Source: Patescibacteria group bacterium (GTDB lineage: Bacteria > Patescibacteriota > Minisyncoccia > Phycocordibacterales > XYD1-FULL-46-19). From it: DNA of 64,000 nucleotides. Where the stretch lies: NCBI GenBank assembly GCA_048617235.1, contig JBMCHT010000003.1:17958-81957 (forward strand), written 5' to 3'. Made by a program: the position numbers and the translations under genes. Of this stretch, positions 47,597 to 56,855 are shown piece by piece. The notes under the pieces are model-generated. The model was not told where the DNA came from. It did no database searches and saw only the letters and a program-made list of their open reading frames with translations. The first letter of the stretch is position 1; each line of letters opens with the position of its first letter.

Positions 47597-50095
47597 TTAC
47601 CAATTTATTAAAGGTTTCCATTGATAATAATTATTTTTATTAGCAGCACATATATATACCTGATCAGCGGTTTCTCGTTCACCACTAACTAAATTATCTA
47701 AATATTTTATTGCCCCCTTATTTGCGCCAGTACACCTTCCTAACTCGTTTATAAGACCGTTTGATAGTGAACTTCTTTCTATTATAGGTAAAACTAATCC
47801 GGAAGCATCAGCCATATTTACTTTACCACCAAAATAAGATGTACCTTTTACATTAAACATACTCGGCCTTTTATCATCATTACTCTGATATCCTATACTT
47901 ACTTTTTTTTCTTCTATCTTAAGAGCTTCTAAATGAGGCCCATTCCAACCTGTACCGACATCATTTTTGTCTTTCGAGATAAAAGAAAATGAACCATTAT
48001 AATCAATCCAGGTACCTGCACGACCGGAGTTTATTGCCATTGCTGATCGATTATTTCTTATTAAAACACCATCACTATCACCAGCGACCCCTGTGTTTAT
48101 ATCTAACTTTTTTCTAGGATCCGTAGTCCCCATTCCTACATTTCCTTCTTCAGTCAAACTCATAACGATATGATGTCCAGCCTCATCATGTCTTGTAAAA
48201 TCTAAATTATTCGTTTTTAACTCAAATTCCCCAGAATCAGTTCCGCCACTAGTTTTTTTACTAACAGACCAATAATTTCTTTCTTCCCCATCTGTGCCCA
48301 TATTTTCTGATAAAACTAAAGCAGCAGAATTACCTGCAAAAGTAGTGGGATTTTTTTGAATTAAAACAAGATTTGCTCCTGAATTAACACTATCGTCTTC
48401 CCTAATAGTAAATTTAGGGACTGAACCATTTTTAAAAACACCTCTATCTTCTGCGTCACCACCAACTACTACAGAGCTACTTGGTTCTCTTGTATATAAA
48501 ACATCTCCTTCGTCTGTTTCATCTAGATCCCAAAAACTTTCTATTTGAGCAGCATTAATAATACTTAAGAATGAAGCACAGCTTGCACTAACACCATCTA
48601 AAATATCTAAAGTACATAATTGACCATTAAAAGAAGTCATAGAATTTCTATCTGCAGAAAAACCATCTGAACTTCCAAACATTTCAGCTTCAAAAGACAT
48701 CTCATCTTTGGAATTAAAAGTAAAACTTTTAAAATTACTTCCAGATATAAAAGAGTTATTTCCTCCTGTCTTAATTACTTTTATATCGGCTTCTCCAGAT
48801 CTTATTTCTCCATCACCAACTGCTAAATCACCTGCCACATCAACATTATCAAATAATCTTACATGACGAACACCATCCTGACGGACAGCTCCTACTATAT
48901 CTAAAACTTTATTTGTTCCTGTTAAAGGACTAACTCTAATAACTGATTTATCGCTACTCTCAGTAGCCCTATCTTCGTGTTGTATAACATTAATATCTCC
49001 AGATCTTATTTCTCCATCACCAACTGCTAAATCACCTGCCACATCAACATTATCAAATAATCTTACATGACGAACACCATCCTGACGGACAGCTCCTACT
49101 ATATCTAAAACTTTATTTGTTCCTGTTAAAGGACTAACTCTAATAACTGATTTATCGCTACTCTCAGTAGCCCTATCTTCGTGTTGTATAACATTAATAT
49201 CTCCAGATCTTATTTCTCTATCTATATCTAAAGCAAATTCTGGATTATTAACACCTATCCCCACATTACCATTTTCACGATAAATGTTACCATCTTCTGT
49301 TTCTTCCCATAAAGAACCGCCTACACCTTCTATGTCTTTAGGGTCTGTCCAAAAACCAATACCATCAACATCTGAAGTTAAAATTTTATTCTCATCAGGA
49401 TCCCCCCCTCTTATTCTTATTTGACCATCTATATCTAACTCAGCTTGAGGATTATCTGTTCCTATTCCAATTCTAGAATTTTCATCTTCTCCAGAAATAG
49501 TCATTCTGGTAATTGGACTAAAGCCTGTAGAACTACTAGAATCAACTACCATTTCTTTAAAATTTAAACCATCTTTTATCGGTAATAATATTTCTCCTAT
49601 ATAAGCTAAATCTGTATTCAAACTATCAGCTTTCACACCGCCATCTACATGTAATTTACTCGCCGGATCATTTGTTCCAATTCCCACATTACCGTTTTCA
49701 CGGTAAATATTGTCACCATCTTTTTCCCACAAAGAACCACCTAAACCTGGTATATCTTGAGGATCAGTCCAAGTAGCTTTTCCTTCATCGTTTACAGAAG
49801 TTAAAATTTTACCAGAACCAGCATTGCCTTTTTCGGGAAAATAAAATAATTCCAAAAAGCGACCTTTTGTAATTAACAAACTATCTCCTATAAACAATGG
49901 AGCCGAAATATATTTATTTGATCGAATACGTCCTTCCTTTGTTTGACCTTGACTCCCCGTATGTATCGGCGGTTCCGGTTGATCATTCGGAGGTGATTCC
50001 GGCGCCGGAGTAAAACTATAAACAGTAATAGTCGAAGCACCTAAAACAGTTATTGTTACCAAAAGATATAATCCCCAGTTTTTATATTTATTCAT
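47597..50095 (-). CDS. large surface/fibre-like protein with GNVGIGT repeats
   Basis: N-terminal TM or signal, Pro-rich linker, repeated LWE..DGNIYRENGNVGIG and KILTS...G...W motifs like those of trimeric fibre proteins. Confidence 0.8.
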   Translation of the reverse strand: MNKYKNWGLYLLVTITVLGASTITVYSFTPAPESPPNDQPEPPIHTGSQGQTKEGRIRSNKYISAPLFIGDSLLITKGRFLELFYFPEKGNAGSGKILTSVNDEGKATWTDPQDIPGLGGSLWEKDGDNIYRENGNVGIGTNDPASKLHVDGGVKADSLNTDLAYIGEILLPIKDGLNFKEMVVDSSSSTGFSPITRMTISGEDENSRIGIGTDNPQAELDIDGQIRIRGGDPDENKILTSDVDGIGFWTDPKDIEGVGGSLWEETEDGNIYRENGNVGIGVNNPEFALDIDREIRSGDINVIQHEDRATESSDKSVIRVSPLTGTNKVLDIVGAVRQDGVRHVRLFDNVDVAGDLAVGDGEIRSGDINVIQHEDRATESSDKSVIRVSPLTGTNKVLDIVGAVRQDGVRHVRLFDNVDVAGDLAVGDGEIRSGEADIKVIKTGGNNSFISGSNFKSFTFNSKDEMSFEAEMFGSSDGFSADRNSMTSFNGQLCTLDILDGVSASCASFLSIINAAQIESFWDLDETDEGDVLYTREPSSSVVVGGDAEDRGVFKNGSVPKFTIREDDSVNSGANLVLIQKNPTTFAGNSAALVLSENMGTDGEERNYWSVSKKTSGGTDSGEFELKTNNLDFTRHDEAGHHIVMSLTEEGNVGMGTTDPRKKLDINTGVAGDSDGVLIRNNRSAMAINSGRAGTWIDYNGSFSFISKDKNDVGTGWNGPHLEALKIEEKKVSIGYQSNDDKRPSMFNVKGTSYFGGKVNMADASGLVLPIIERSSLSNGLINELGRCTGANKGAIKYLDNLVSGERETADQVYICAANKNNYYQWKPLINW
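48792..49218. repeat. exact 204-nt tandem duplication (68 aa) bounded by three copies of a 19-nt repeat
   Basis: tctccagatcttatttctc at 48792, 48996 and 49200; the intervening units read identically. Confidence 0.92.
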
Positions 50096-50135
50096 AATTT
50101 TTTTGCCGATACATATTAATTTTTAATAATTTTTA

Positions 50136-50552
50136 TTATTGAGCTGTTTGATGTAATACTTCTTCAATTTCTTCATCGGTCATCGTTTCTTCAGCTGAAG
50201 TAGTTTCAGCCATTTGGCGTAATATTTCTTCAATTTCTTCATCAGACATCATATCTTCAAGAGAAGTCGTTTCAGCCATTTGGCGTAAGGCTTCCTTAAT
50301 TTCTTCTTGTTCTTCTTCAGTCAATTCTTCATTTTCCTCGTACATTTGACTTAGAGCTTCATCGATTAAGGCCTCTTCAGTCATTTCATCAGTGGTATCT
50401 ACCGGAGCTTCAACTTGATCTCGGCTTACCCAGGCCAAAACAGCCAAAACAATAATGGCTAATAAAATTACTCCGACCACTAAAGATAAAACCTTGTTTG
50501 GTCCACCTTGGTTATCGGTGGAATTAACTGTTTGATTCATTTCATTATCCAT
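50136..50552 (-). CDS. single-TM protein with acidic 22-aa repeats
   Basis: TM at aa 22-42; LRQMAETTS...DEEIEE units at 66-nt period (50161, 50227). Confidence 0.8.
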   Translation of the reverse strand: MDNEMNQTVNSTDNQGGPNKVLSLVVGVILLAIIVLAVLAWVSRDQVEAPVDTTDEMTEEALIDEALSQMYEENEELTEEEQEEIKEALRQMAETTSLEDMMSDEEIEEILRQMAETTSAEETMTDEEIEEVLHQTAQ

Positions 50553-50688
50553 AAAATTTAATTTAAATTAATTTTAATAATACTTTTAGTTGCCCGCTTA
50601 AACAGACATAATAATCTAGACTTTATTTTACCAAAAAAAAGACCAATAAACCAAACTTTTTAACCCTTTCTGTTGATAACTTCCCGGC

Positions 50689-50761
50689 TTGGCTTTTTTT
50701 TATCTTTATGTTATCGTTAAATTGTCTGTAAGATGTATCCGGAAGCTAAAGCTCTCCGGAT
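50689..50761 (+). promoter_or_regulatory. nusA promoter with leader hairpin
   Basis: TTGGCT-N17-TATCGT (TG extension) then ATCCGGA-AGCTAAAGCTC-TCCGGAT-TTTT. Confidence 0.55.
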
Positions 50762-50788
50762 TTTTATTTAAAAAATAACAATATTATT

Positions 50789-51949
50789 ATGATAGATCTT
50801 AAAATGTTAAAATCCGCTCTGGAGCAATTGGAAGAAGAAAAAAATATTCCCCGAGAGCGAATTGTAGGAGCGATTGAAGATTCTTTAGTGGCGGCCTATA
50901 AGAAAGATTACGGTAAAAAGGGACAAATCATTAAAGCTAAAATAGATTTAGATACCGGTCAAACTGAATTCTATAAAGTAAAACTGGTGGTTGATGAGTC
51001 TACGGTCAGATTTGATGAGGAAGAACCCCTCAATGAAGAAGATGACAGAATTAAATTCAATGAGGAATCCCATATTACTCTAGAAGATGCCAAAAGAATT
51101 AAAACCAACATCCAAGTAGGTGAAGAAATTGTTTTTCCTTTGGATACCGAAGAAGACTATGGCCGGATTGCCGCTCAAACAGCTAAGCAAGTTATAATTC
51201 AAAAAATCCGAGAAGCGGAAAAAGACTCCATTTGGGAAGAATATTCCGGTCGTGAGGGAGAAATTTTATCCGGTAAAGTTCAAAAATTGGAAAGAGGTAA
51301 TGTCTATGTGGATTTAGGCCGAACTCTGGCTATTTTACCTTATGAAGAGCAAATCCGTGGTGAATATTACCGTCAAGGTGAAAGAATTAGAGCTTATTTA
51401 TACGAAGTGGAAGAAAGTCCCAGAGGAGTGGTTTTACGTTTATCTCGTTCTCATCCTAAATTTGTGGAAAAACTATTTGAAATGGAAGCTCCGGAAATTG
51501 CCGCTGGCACAGTGGAAATTAAAGCTATTGCTCGGGAAGCCGGTGGTCGAACCAAGATGGCTGTTTGGTCAGAAGATCCCAATATTGATCCGATTGGTTC
51601 TTGTGTGGGACAAAAAGGATCCAGAGTCTCAACAGTTATTAATGAATTGGGAGGTGAAAAAATAGATATTATAGAATGGTCATCCGATCCGGATCAGTTT
51701 ATCACCAATGCCCTGTCTCCGGCTAAAATTTTATCTTTGAACTTGGATGAAAAAGACAAAACAGCTCAAATAGAAGTTACGCCCGATCAATTTTCTTTGG
51801 CTGTCGGTCGTGGTGGTCAAAATGCTCGTGTCGCCGCCAAATTAACCGGTTGGAAAATAAATATTTCCGTACCCCCGGAAATGGCCGAAACCGAAGAACA
51901 AACTGAAGCCGTTTCCGCTGATCCGGAAACTGAAACAAATAATAATTAA
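50789..51949 (+). CDS. nusA: transcription termination factor NusA
   Basis: GRIAAQTAKQV, AREAGGRTK, GSCVG, LAVGRGGQNARVAAKLTGWKI. Confidence 0.98.
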   Translation: MIDLKMLKSALEQLEEEKNIPRERIVGAIEDSLVAAYKKDYGKKGQIIKAKIDLDTGQTEFYKVKLVVDESTVRFDEEEPLNEEDDRIKFNEESHITLEDAKRIKTNIQVGEEIVFPLDTEEDYGRIAAQTAKQVIIQKIREAEKDSIWEEYSGREGEILSGKVQKLERGNVYVDLGRTLAILPYEEQIRGEYYRQGERIRAYLYEVEESPRGVVLRLSRSHPKFVEKLFEMEAPEIAAGTVEIKAIAREAGGRTKMAVWSEDPNIDPIGSCVGQKGSRVSTVINELGGEKIDIIEWSSDPDQFITNALSPAKILSLNLDEKDKTAQIEVTPDQFSLAVGRGGQNARVAAKLTGWKINISVPPEMAETEEQTEAVSADPETETNNN

Positions 51950-51968
51950 TAGTTTAATCATTTATATT

Positions 51969-52505
51969 ATGGAAAATACCAATAATTTATGGCATCAAAT
52001 TCCGGCCGGAACACCGGAAGAAATAAATGTTATTACCGAGTCTCCTAAATTATCTCGGGTTAAATATGAATTGGACAAAGAGACCGGTTTAATTATAGTT
52101 GACCGAGTTTTGTATTCTCCAATGCATTATCCAGCTAATTATGGTTTTGTTCCCCAAACTCTGTGGGATGATGGTGACCCTTTGGATGTTCTGGTTATTT
52201 CACATGAACCGTTTGTCCCGGCTTCTTTGGTTAAAGCCCGACCAATCGGAGTTTTGGAGATGATAGATGACGGTGATAGTGACGCCAAAATCTTGGCCAT
52301 ACCGGTTAAAGATCCTCGCTTTAAACAAACCAATAATTTAACAGATGTAGAACCTCATATTTTGGAAGAAATCCAGCATTTCTTCAAAGTCTACAAAGAT
52401 TTACAGAAAAAAGAAGTTCGAGTGGGAGAATGGTTAGACAAAGAAGAGGCTCTTAAAACAATAGAAAAATCCCTCACTCAATACCGAGAAAAATATTCGG
52501 CTTAA
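51969..52505 (+). CDS. ppa: inorganic pyrophosphatase (family I)
   Basis: KYELDKE, YPANYG, DGDPLDV, FFKVYK. Confidence 0.97.
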   Translation: MENTNNLWHQIPAGTPEEINVITESPKLSRVKYELDKETGLIIVDRVLYSPMHYPANYGFVPQTLWDDGDPLDVLVISHEPFVPASLVKARPIGVLEMIDDGDSDAKILAIPVKDPRFKQTNNLTDVEPHILEEIQHFFKVYKDLQKKEVRVGEWLDKEEALKTIEKSLTQYREKYSA

Positions 52506-52528
52506 ATTAAATTATATAATCTAATTTT

Positions 52529-52556
52529 AATCCCCCGATCTTATGATTGGGGGATT
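52529..52556 (+). terminator. terminator after ppa
   Basis: AATCCCCCGATC-TTAT-GATTGGGGGATT followed by T-tract. Confidence 0.75.
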
Positions 52557-52613
52557 TTAAATTTTAAAAATGAGAGTATAATTGGAATTATTAACATTCT
52601 AATTATAAATATC

Positions 52614-53168
52614 ATGTTTAAAATCATTTCAAGTATCATATTTTTATTAATTTTAAGTACCGGTTCCGCTTATGCCAAAACAACAGATACGACGCCAAAT
52701 ATTAATTCTATCACTGAACAAAAAAGAGAGATGACCAGTGACAGAAGTCAGATGAGAGAAGAAATTAAAAATCGTTTAAATGAAACAACTTCAGCTAAAG
52801 ATAGACAAGAAATGGCTAATCGTTTTAGATTGGAAGCTTTAAATAAAAAACAAGAAGCTATATTTACCAATCTGGAGCAGATAATAAACCGTTTACAAGA
52901 AGTTAAAAACCGTTTGGCTATACTAGCTGAAAAAGCTGGCCAAGCGACTAAAGCTGAAGATAACTTAACCGCTGTCGATGATCTAATTCAAATGGCTGAA
53001 ACTAATAAAAATAAAAATCAAAAAGAAATTAAGATATATTTAGAAGAAGAAGACTGGGAAAACAGTTTAGAAGCTCTTAAATTGGGAATTAAAAATATTA
53101 GAATGGATTTAGTTGAAACTCGACGTCTCTTGTCTCAATCTATTGCCTCTATCCGTCAAAACCTTTAA
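52614..53168 (+). CDS. secreted coiled-coil hypothetical protein
   Basis: Signal peptide ending AYA; all-helical charged body. Confidence 0.75.
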   Translation: MFKIISSIIFLLILSTGSAYAKTTDTTPNINSITEQKREMTSDRSQMREEIKNRLNETTSAKDRQEMANRFRLEALNKKQEAIFTNLEQIINRLQEVKNRLAILAEKAGQATKAEDNLTAVDDLIQMAETNKNKNQKEIKIYLEEEDWENSLEALKLGIKNIRMDLVETRRLLSQSIASIRQNL

Positions 53169-53280
53169 AGATATAAATATTAACTATAATAAGTTGAAAT
53201 TATTGTTATTTAGTATTATCATTTAATCAGAAGAACTTCGTCCTTTGCCAACCAAAAAAAGACCTTGAAAGGAGGTCAAA

Positions 53281-54342
53281 ATGCGACTGGTAACTGCAAC
53301 TTTCCTTTTTTGGGGGGTGATGATGGTGGCGCTGGGACAACCCGGGCAATACACCGAGTTTGCCCCGGAACTCCTCGAAGAGGGGCGCGATTTTGTCGTG
53401 CTCCGGACGGAAGACTCGTCAGTGAAAGTCTTTCGTGAAGTGGAGGATTACTTCGGACCCGACTCCCGACTGTCTAATGGTCTTTATGACCTGAAGACCA
53501 AGGGAGCCACGACCTCGCCCTGTTTCAACGGCGGGCCAGCTATGTACTACGAGCACATTTTCAACGGTGCAGCCGTTGATAACTGGCGCTCAGAGTACGC
53601 TCCTGAGTTGAATGATCAGATCTTCACCGATCTGACAAACAACTCGGTCAAGGTGGTCTGGCCGAGAGCAACCTCCTTGTGGAACCTCAGGTCCAGCATC
53701 ACCTATGAGTTAGGTGATGACGGGGTAGACTTCACCTTTGAAGTCAAAACTCCGGCCACAGAGGCAGAAGTGGCCGAGATTGCCCCGTTGGGATGGTTTG
53801 GGTGTATGTTCGCAAGCTACACCCGTTCCATTCATAGCTCCGACAGGAGCTTCCAATTCTATGGGGTGGAATCCCAGGTCATGGATTTCCGCTGGTTCCA
53901 AGTCTCCATTCCCAACTTCGGCTGGAAAAAGTTTGGAGACTCAAAGGAAAGAGGAACTATCGGGCCTTACAGGGTTGATCCCCTTCCGTACGAAGAAGAG
54001 GCTGGCGGCATAAACGCACATCAGAGGGAGGATCTACACAGTCTCTCCCCAATGTACTTCAGTGTCGTACAGCCCAACGAGGGCTCACCGCCGATGATAT
54101 TTGCCATGCTTTTCGACCAGACACAGTCTGTTCGATTTGCATTGTTCGGAGGAGATGAGTTAGGCGGTCCCACCGCCTACGACTGGCACTTCATCGTCCG
54201 GCAGCCCCAGCCAGATACGAAGTATCGACTGAGGGCGAAGCTCATCTATGAGCCTCTACCGGAAGAAGGGATGTCCGAGCGTAAATTACGTTCGTATATC
54301 CAACAAAAGTGGTTTTGGTGGTGGTGGTTTCTCCACCATTAA
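53281..54342 (+). CDS. GC-rich secreted hypothetical protein with Trp-rich C-terminus
   Basis: AAAGGAGG SD, promoter TTGAAA-N17-TATCAT, signal-like N-terminus, beta-rich body, ends KWFWWWWFLHH. Confidence 0.8.
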   Translation: MRLVTATFLFWGVMMVALGQPGQYTEFAPELLEEGRDFVVLRTEDSSVKVFREVEDYFGPDSRLSNGLYDLKTKGATTSPCFNGGPAMYYEHIFNGAAVDNWRSEYAPELNDQIFTDLTNNSVKVVWPRATSLWNLRSSITYELGDDGVDFTFEVKTPATEAEVAEIAPLGWFGCMFASYTRSIHSSDRSFQFYGVESQVMDFRWFQVSIPNFGWKKFGDSKERGTIGPYRVDPLPYEEEAGGINAHQREDLHSLSPMYFSVVQPNEGSPPMIFAMLFDQTQSVRFALFGGDELGGPTAYDWHFIVRQPQPDTKYRLRAKLIYEPLPEEGMSERKLRSYIQQKWFWWWWFLHH

Positions 54343-54365
54343 ACCGTTTCTGTGTTTTTGTTCTC

Positions 54366-54392
54366 AACCCCGTACTTTCTAGGTACGGGGTT
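54366..54392 (+). terminator. terminator of the 53281 gene
   Basis: AACCCCGTAC-N7-GTACGGGGTT-TT. Confidence 0.8.
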
Positions 54393-54506
54393 TTCTACTC
54401 TGTAAAAATTAAACGATGTAGATATTAACGGTCAAGCCTGGTCAAAAAAAACAAAATCAGGCATAATAGAAAAAGATTAAATTATTAGTTTAAGCTTTTA
54501 TAAATT

Positions 54507-54848
54507 ATGGAAGAAAAAGATTTCAATCAAAATGAAAATCCAACAAATACGGACATGGGGGTTCCCGAGCAATCGGCTTCCGTCGGTTCTCCGGAGGACA
54601 ACTCCAAAGGTCCGGTTGTTGGAATTGTTTTGATTATCATCATCCTCATTGTCGGAGGTATCTTCGTTTTCACCAACCGAGAAGAAATTTTGGAACCGGT
54701 GGAAGAAGATGTTGAAGATATAGCAAATGAGGAAGATATGGAGGAATTAGAAAATGATATTTCAGACTTGGAAGAAATCGATGAAAATATCGATACTCAA
54801 ACCCAAGAACTGGAAGATGAATTGGATATTATTTCCGAAGAGGAATAA
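54507..54848 (+). CDS. single-TM acidic hypothetical protein
   Basis: GPVVGIVLIIIILIVGGIFVF TM followed by D/E-rich tail. Confidence 0.8.
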   Translation: MEEKDFNQNENPTNTDMGVPEQSASVGSPEDNSKGPVVGIVLIIIILIVGGIFVFTNREEILEPVEEDVEDIANEEDMEELENDISDLEEIDENIDTQTQELEDELDIISEEE

Positions 54849-54866
54849 TTTTCCGATGTTTTCAAC

Positions 54867-54892
54867 AAAAGCCGGCTTCAAAGCCGGTTTTT
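54867..54892 (+). terminator. intrinsic terminator
   Basis: AAAAGCCGGCTT-CA-AAGCCGGTTTTT. Confidence 0.75.
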
Positions 54893-54950
54893 GTTTGTTT
54901 TATTTAAAAAAATTTGCCAAATTAAACAAATCCAGTTACCCTAATTCTAT

Positions 54951-55958
54951 ATGGATATACAAATAAAAAATATATCAGAAACGGAGATTGAAATTTCCGG
55001 TTCTGTACCTGAAGAAATTTGGGCTAAAAAAAGGCCGGCGGCTTTGAAAAAAATGGCCGGTGAAATTAAAGTTGATGGTTTTCGATCCGGCCAAATACCG
55101 GAAGCGGTTTTAATTAAAAAAGTAGGCGAAGAAGCTATTCTATGGGAACAAGCCGGTCAGACTTTATCAGATTTATACCCAACTATAGTTTTAGATAATA
55201 AATTGGATGTAATTGGCCGTCCGGAAATTACCATTACTAAAATTGTTGCCAATCAACCTTTAGAATTTAAAATAAAAACGGCAGTAGTACCGAAAATAGA
55301 ATTACCAAACTGGAAACAAGAAGTTAAACAAATAAATCAAGAGCCTTTACCGGAAATCGAAGTTACTGAAAAAGAAATAGAAGAAGCCGTTAAGACCGTC
55401 AAAAGTCAATCAGCCGGCTCACCGGAGGAAGCTAAAGAAGCCCCTACCGATACGTGGGCTCAAAAATTGGGACCGTGGAAAAACTTAACAGAAATGAAAG
55501 AAGCAGTAAAAGAAAAAATAAAAGAAGACAAAGCCGGAAAAGCCAAAGAAGCTCATAGGTTAAAATTATTGGAAGCAGTAGCCGATAAAATCACCCTTGA
55601 AATTCCATCCTTATTAATTGAATCGGAATTGGATAAAATGATTCAAGAATTAAAACACAATATTGAATCCGCCGGCTTGGTTTTTAATGAATACCTTAAT
55701 CATTTAAAAAAGACCGAGGAAGATTTAAGACAAGCTTGGCAAACAGATGCCGAGAAAAGAGTTCGCTTGGGCTTAGTCGCTCAAAAACTAATAGAAACCG
55801 AAAAAATACAACCAACGACTGAAGAAATTGAAAAAGAGATAGAACGCTTGACTAAAGCCTACGGTGACCAAAAACCGGAACCGACTAAATTAAAACAAGC
55901 GGTTATTAACTATCTAACTCATGAAAAATTATACCAACTGTTAGAAAACGAAAAATAA
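54951..55958 (+). CDS. tig: trigger factor (short; PPIase domain appears absent)
   Basis: Ribosome-binding DGFRSGQIP motif; 335 aa; upstream of clpP. Confidence 0.88.
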   Translation: MDIQIKNISETEIEISGSVPEEIWAKKRPAALKKMAGEIKVDGFRSGQIPEAVLIKKVGEEAILWEQAGQTLSDLYPTIVLDNKLDVIGRPEITITKIVANQPLEFKIKTAVVPKIELPNWKQEVKQINQEPLPEIEVTEKEIEEAVKTVKSQSAGSPEEAKEAPTDTWAQKLGPWKNLTEMKEAVKEKIKEDKAGKAKEAHRLKLLEAVADKITLEIPSLLIESELDKMIQELKHNIESAGLVFNEYLNHLKKTEEDLRQAWQTDAEKRVRLGLVAQKLIETEKIQPTTEEIEKEIERLTKAYGDQKPEPTKLKQAVINYLTHEKLYQLLENEK

Positions 55959-55988
55959 TATTAACAAAGTCTTTAATTTAAAATAATT

Positions 55989-56567
55989 ATGAATCTTATT
56001 CCCACTGTTATTGAAAAATCTCCTTTTGGTGAAAGGGCTTACGATATCTACTCTCGCCTCTTAAAAGAGCAAATTATTTTTTTAGGCGGTCCTATTACCG
56101 ACGATACGGCCAATATTGTTATTGCTCAATTACTCTTTTTAGAATCTGAAAACCAAACTAAAGATATAAAAATATACATCAACAGTCCCGGCGGATCGGT
56201 TACAGCCACCATGGCTATTCTAGATACCATGAATTATGTTAAACCGGATGTTTCCACTATTTGTGTCGGTTTGGCCGCTTCCGGTGGGGCTATAATTTTA
56301 TCGGCCGGAGCCAAAGGTAAAAGAATGGCTTTACCTAATTCAGAAATCATGATTCACCAACCATTGGGCGGAACCGAAGGTCAAGCCTCGGATATTGCCA
56401 TTACTGCCAAACATATTTTAAAAGTAAAAGAAAACTTGAATAAAATTTTATCTAAAAATACCGGCCAACCGATAAAACAAGTGGAAAAAGATTCGGATCG
56501 AGATTATTTTATGCTAGCCGAAGAGGCTAAAAAATACGGTTTAATTGACTCTATCATCAAAGCTTAA
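55989..56567 (+). CDS. clpP: ATP-dependent Clp protease proteolytic subunit
   Basis: [31 protein letters not shown]. Confidence 0.99.
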   Translation: MNLIPTVIEKSPFGERAYDIYSRLLKEQIIFLGGPITDDTANIVIAQLLFLESENQTKDIKIYINSPGGSVTATMAILDTMNYVKPDVSTICVGLAASGGAIILSAGAKGKRMALPNSEIMIHQPLGGTEGQASDIAITAKHILKVKENLNKILSKNTGQPIKQVEKDSDRDYFMLAEEAKKYGLIDSIIKA

Positions 56568-56587
56568 ATTTCTACAAAACATAGACA

Positions 56588-56855
56588 TAGACAAAACCAC
56601 CAATGTTTGTTAAACTGAGATTCAAGTTCATTTTATTAGTTTACCTTCACGACAAATTTAAGCTTTTGCAGTCTAAGTTTCGGACAATAAGCTGTAGTGT
56701 TCAGTCAAAAATTGTTATTTTAAGCAGAATAATGACCATTTTTCAAAATTCCATATGAGAAAATATTTATCGCTTTAAAAATTCTTAAAAACAAAAGGCG
56801 GTTAATGTTGTCGCTCCAGTCTTAAAAAATCCGAAGGTTAGATTGCCATTTAACT
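56588..56855 (+). promoter_or_regulatory. rny promoter and about 230-nt structured 5' leader
   Basis: TAGACA-N17-TAAACT; long-range helix 56668-56684 with 56830-56846 plus other stems. Confidence 0.55.

Noticed and set aside
47597-50095. Prophage tail fibre or diversity-generating retroelement target
   Set aside because: It has an N-terminal membrane anchor and no phage neighbours; the repeat copies are identical rather than adenine-variable, and no reverse transcriptase is in the window.
50671-50679. TGTTGATAA as a DnaA box or origin at the strand switch near nusA
   Set aside because: Single imperfect box, no cluster and no dnaA nearby.
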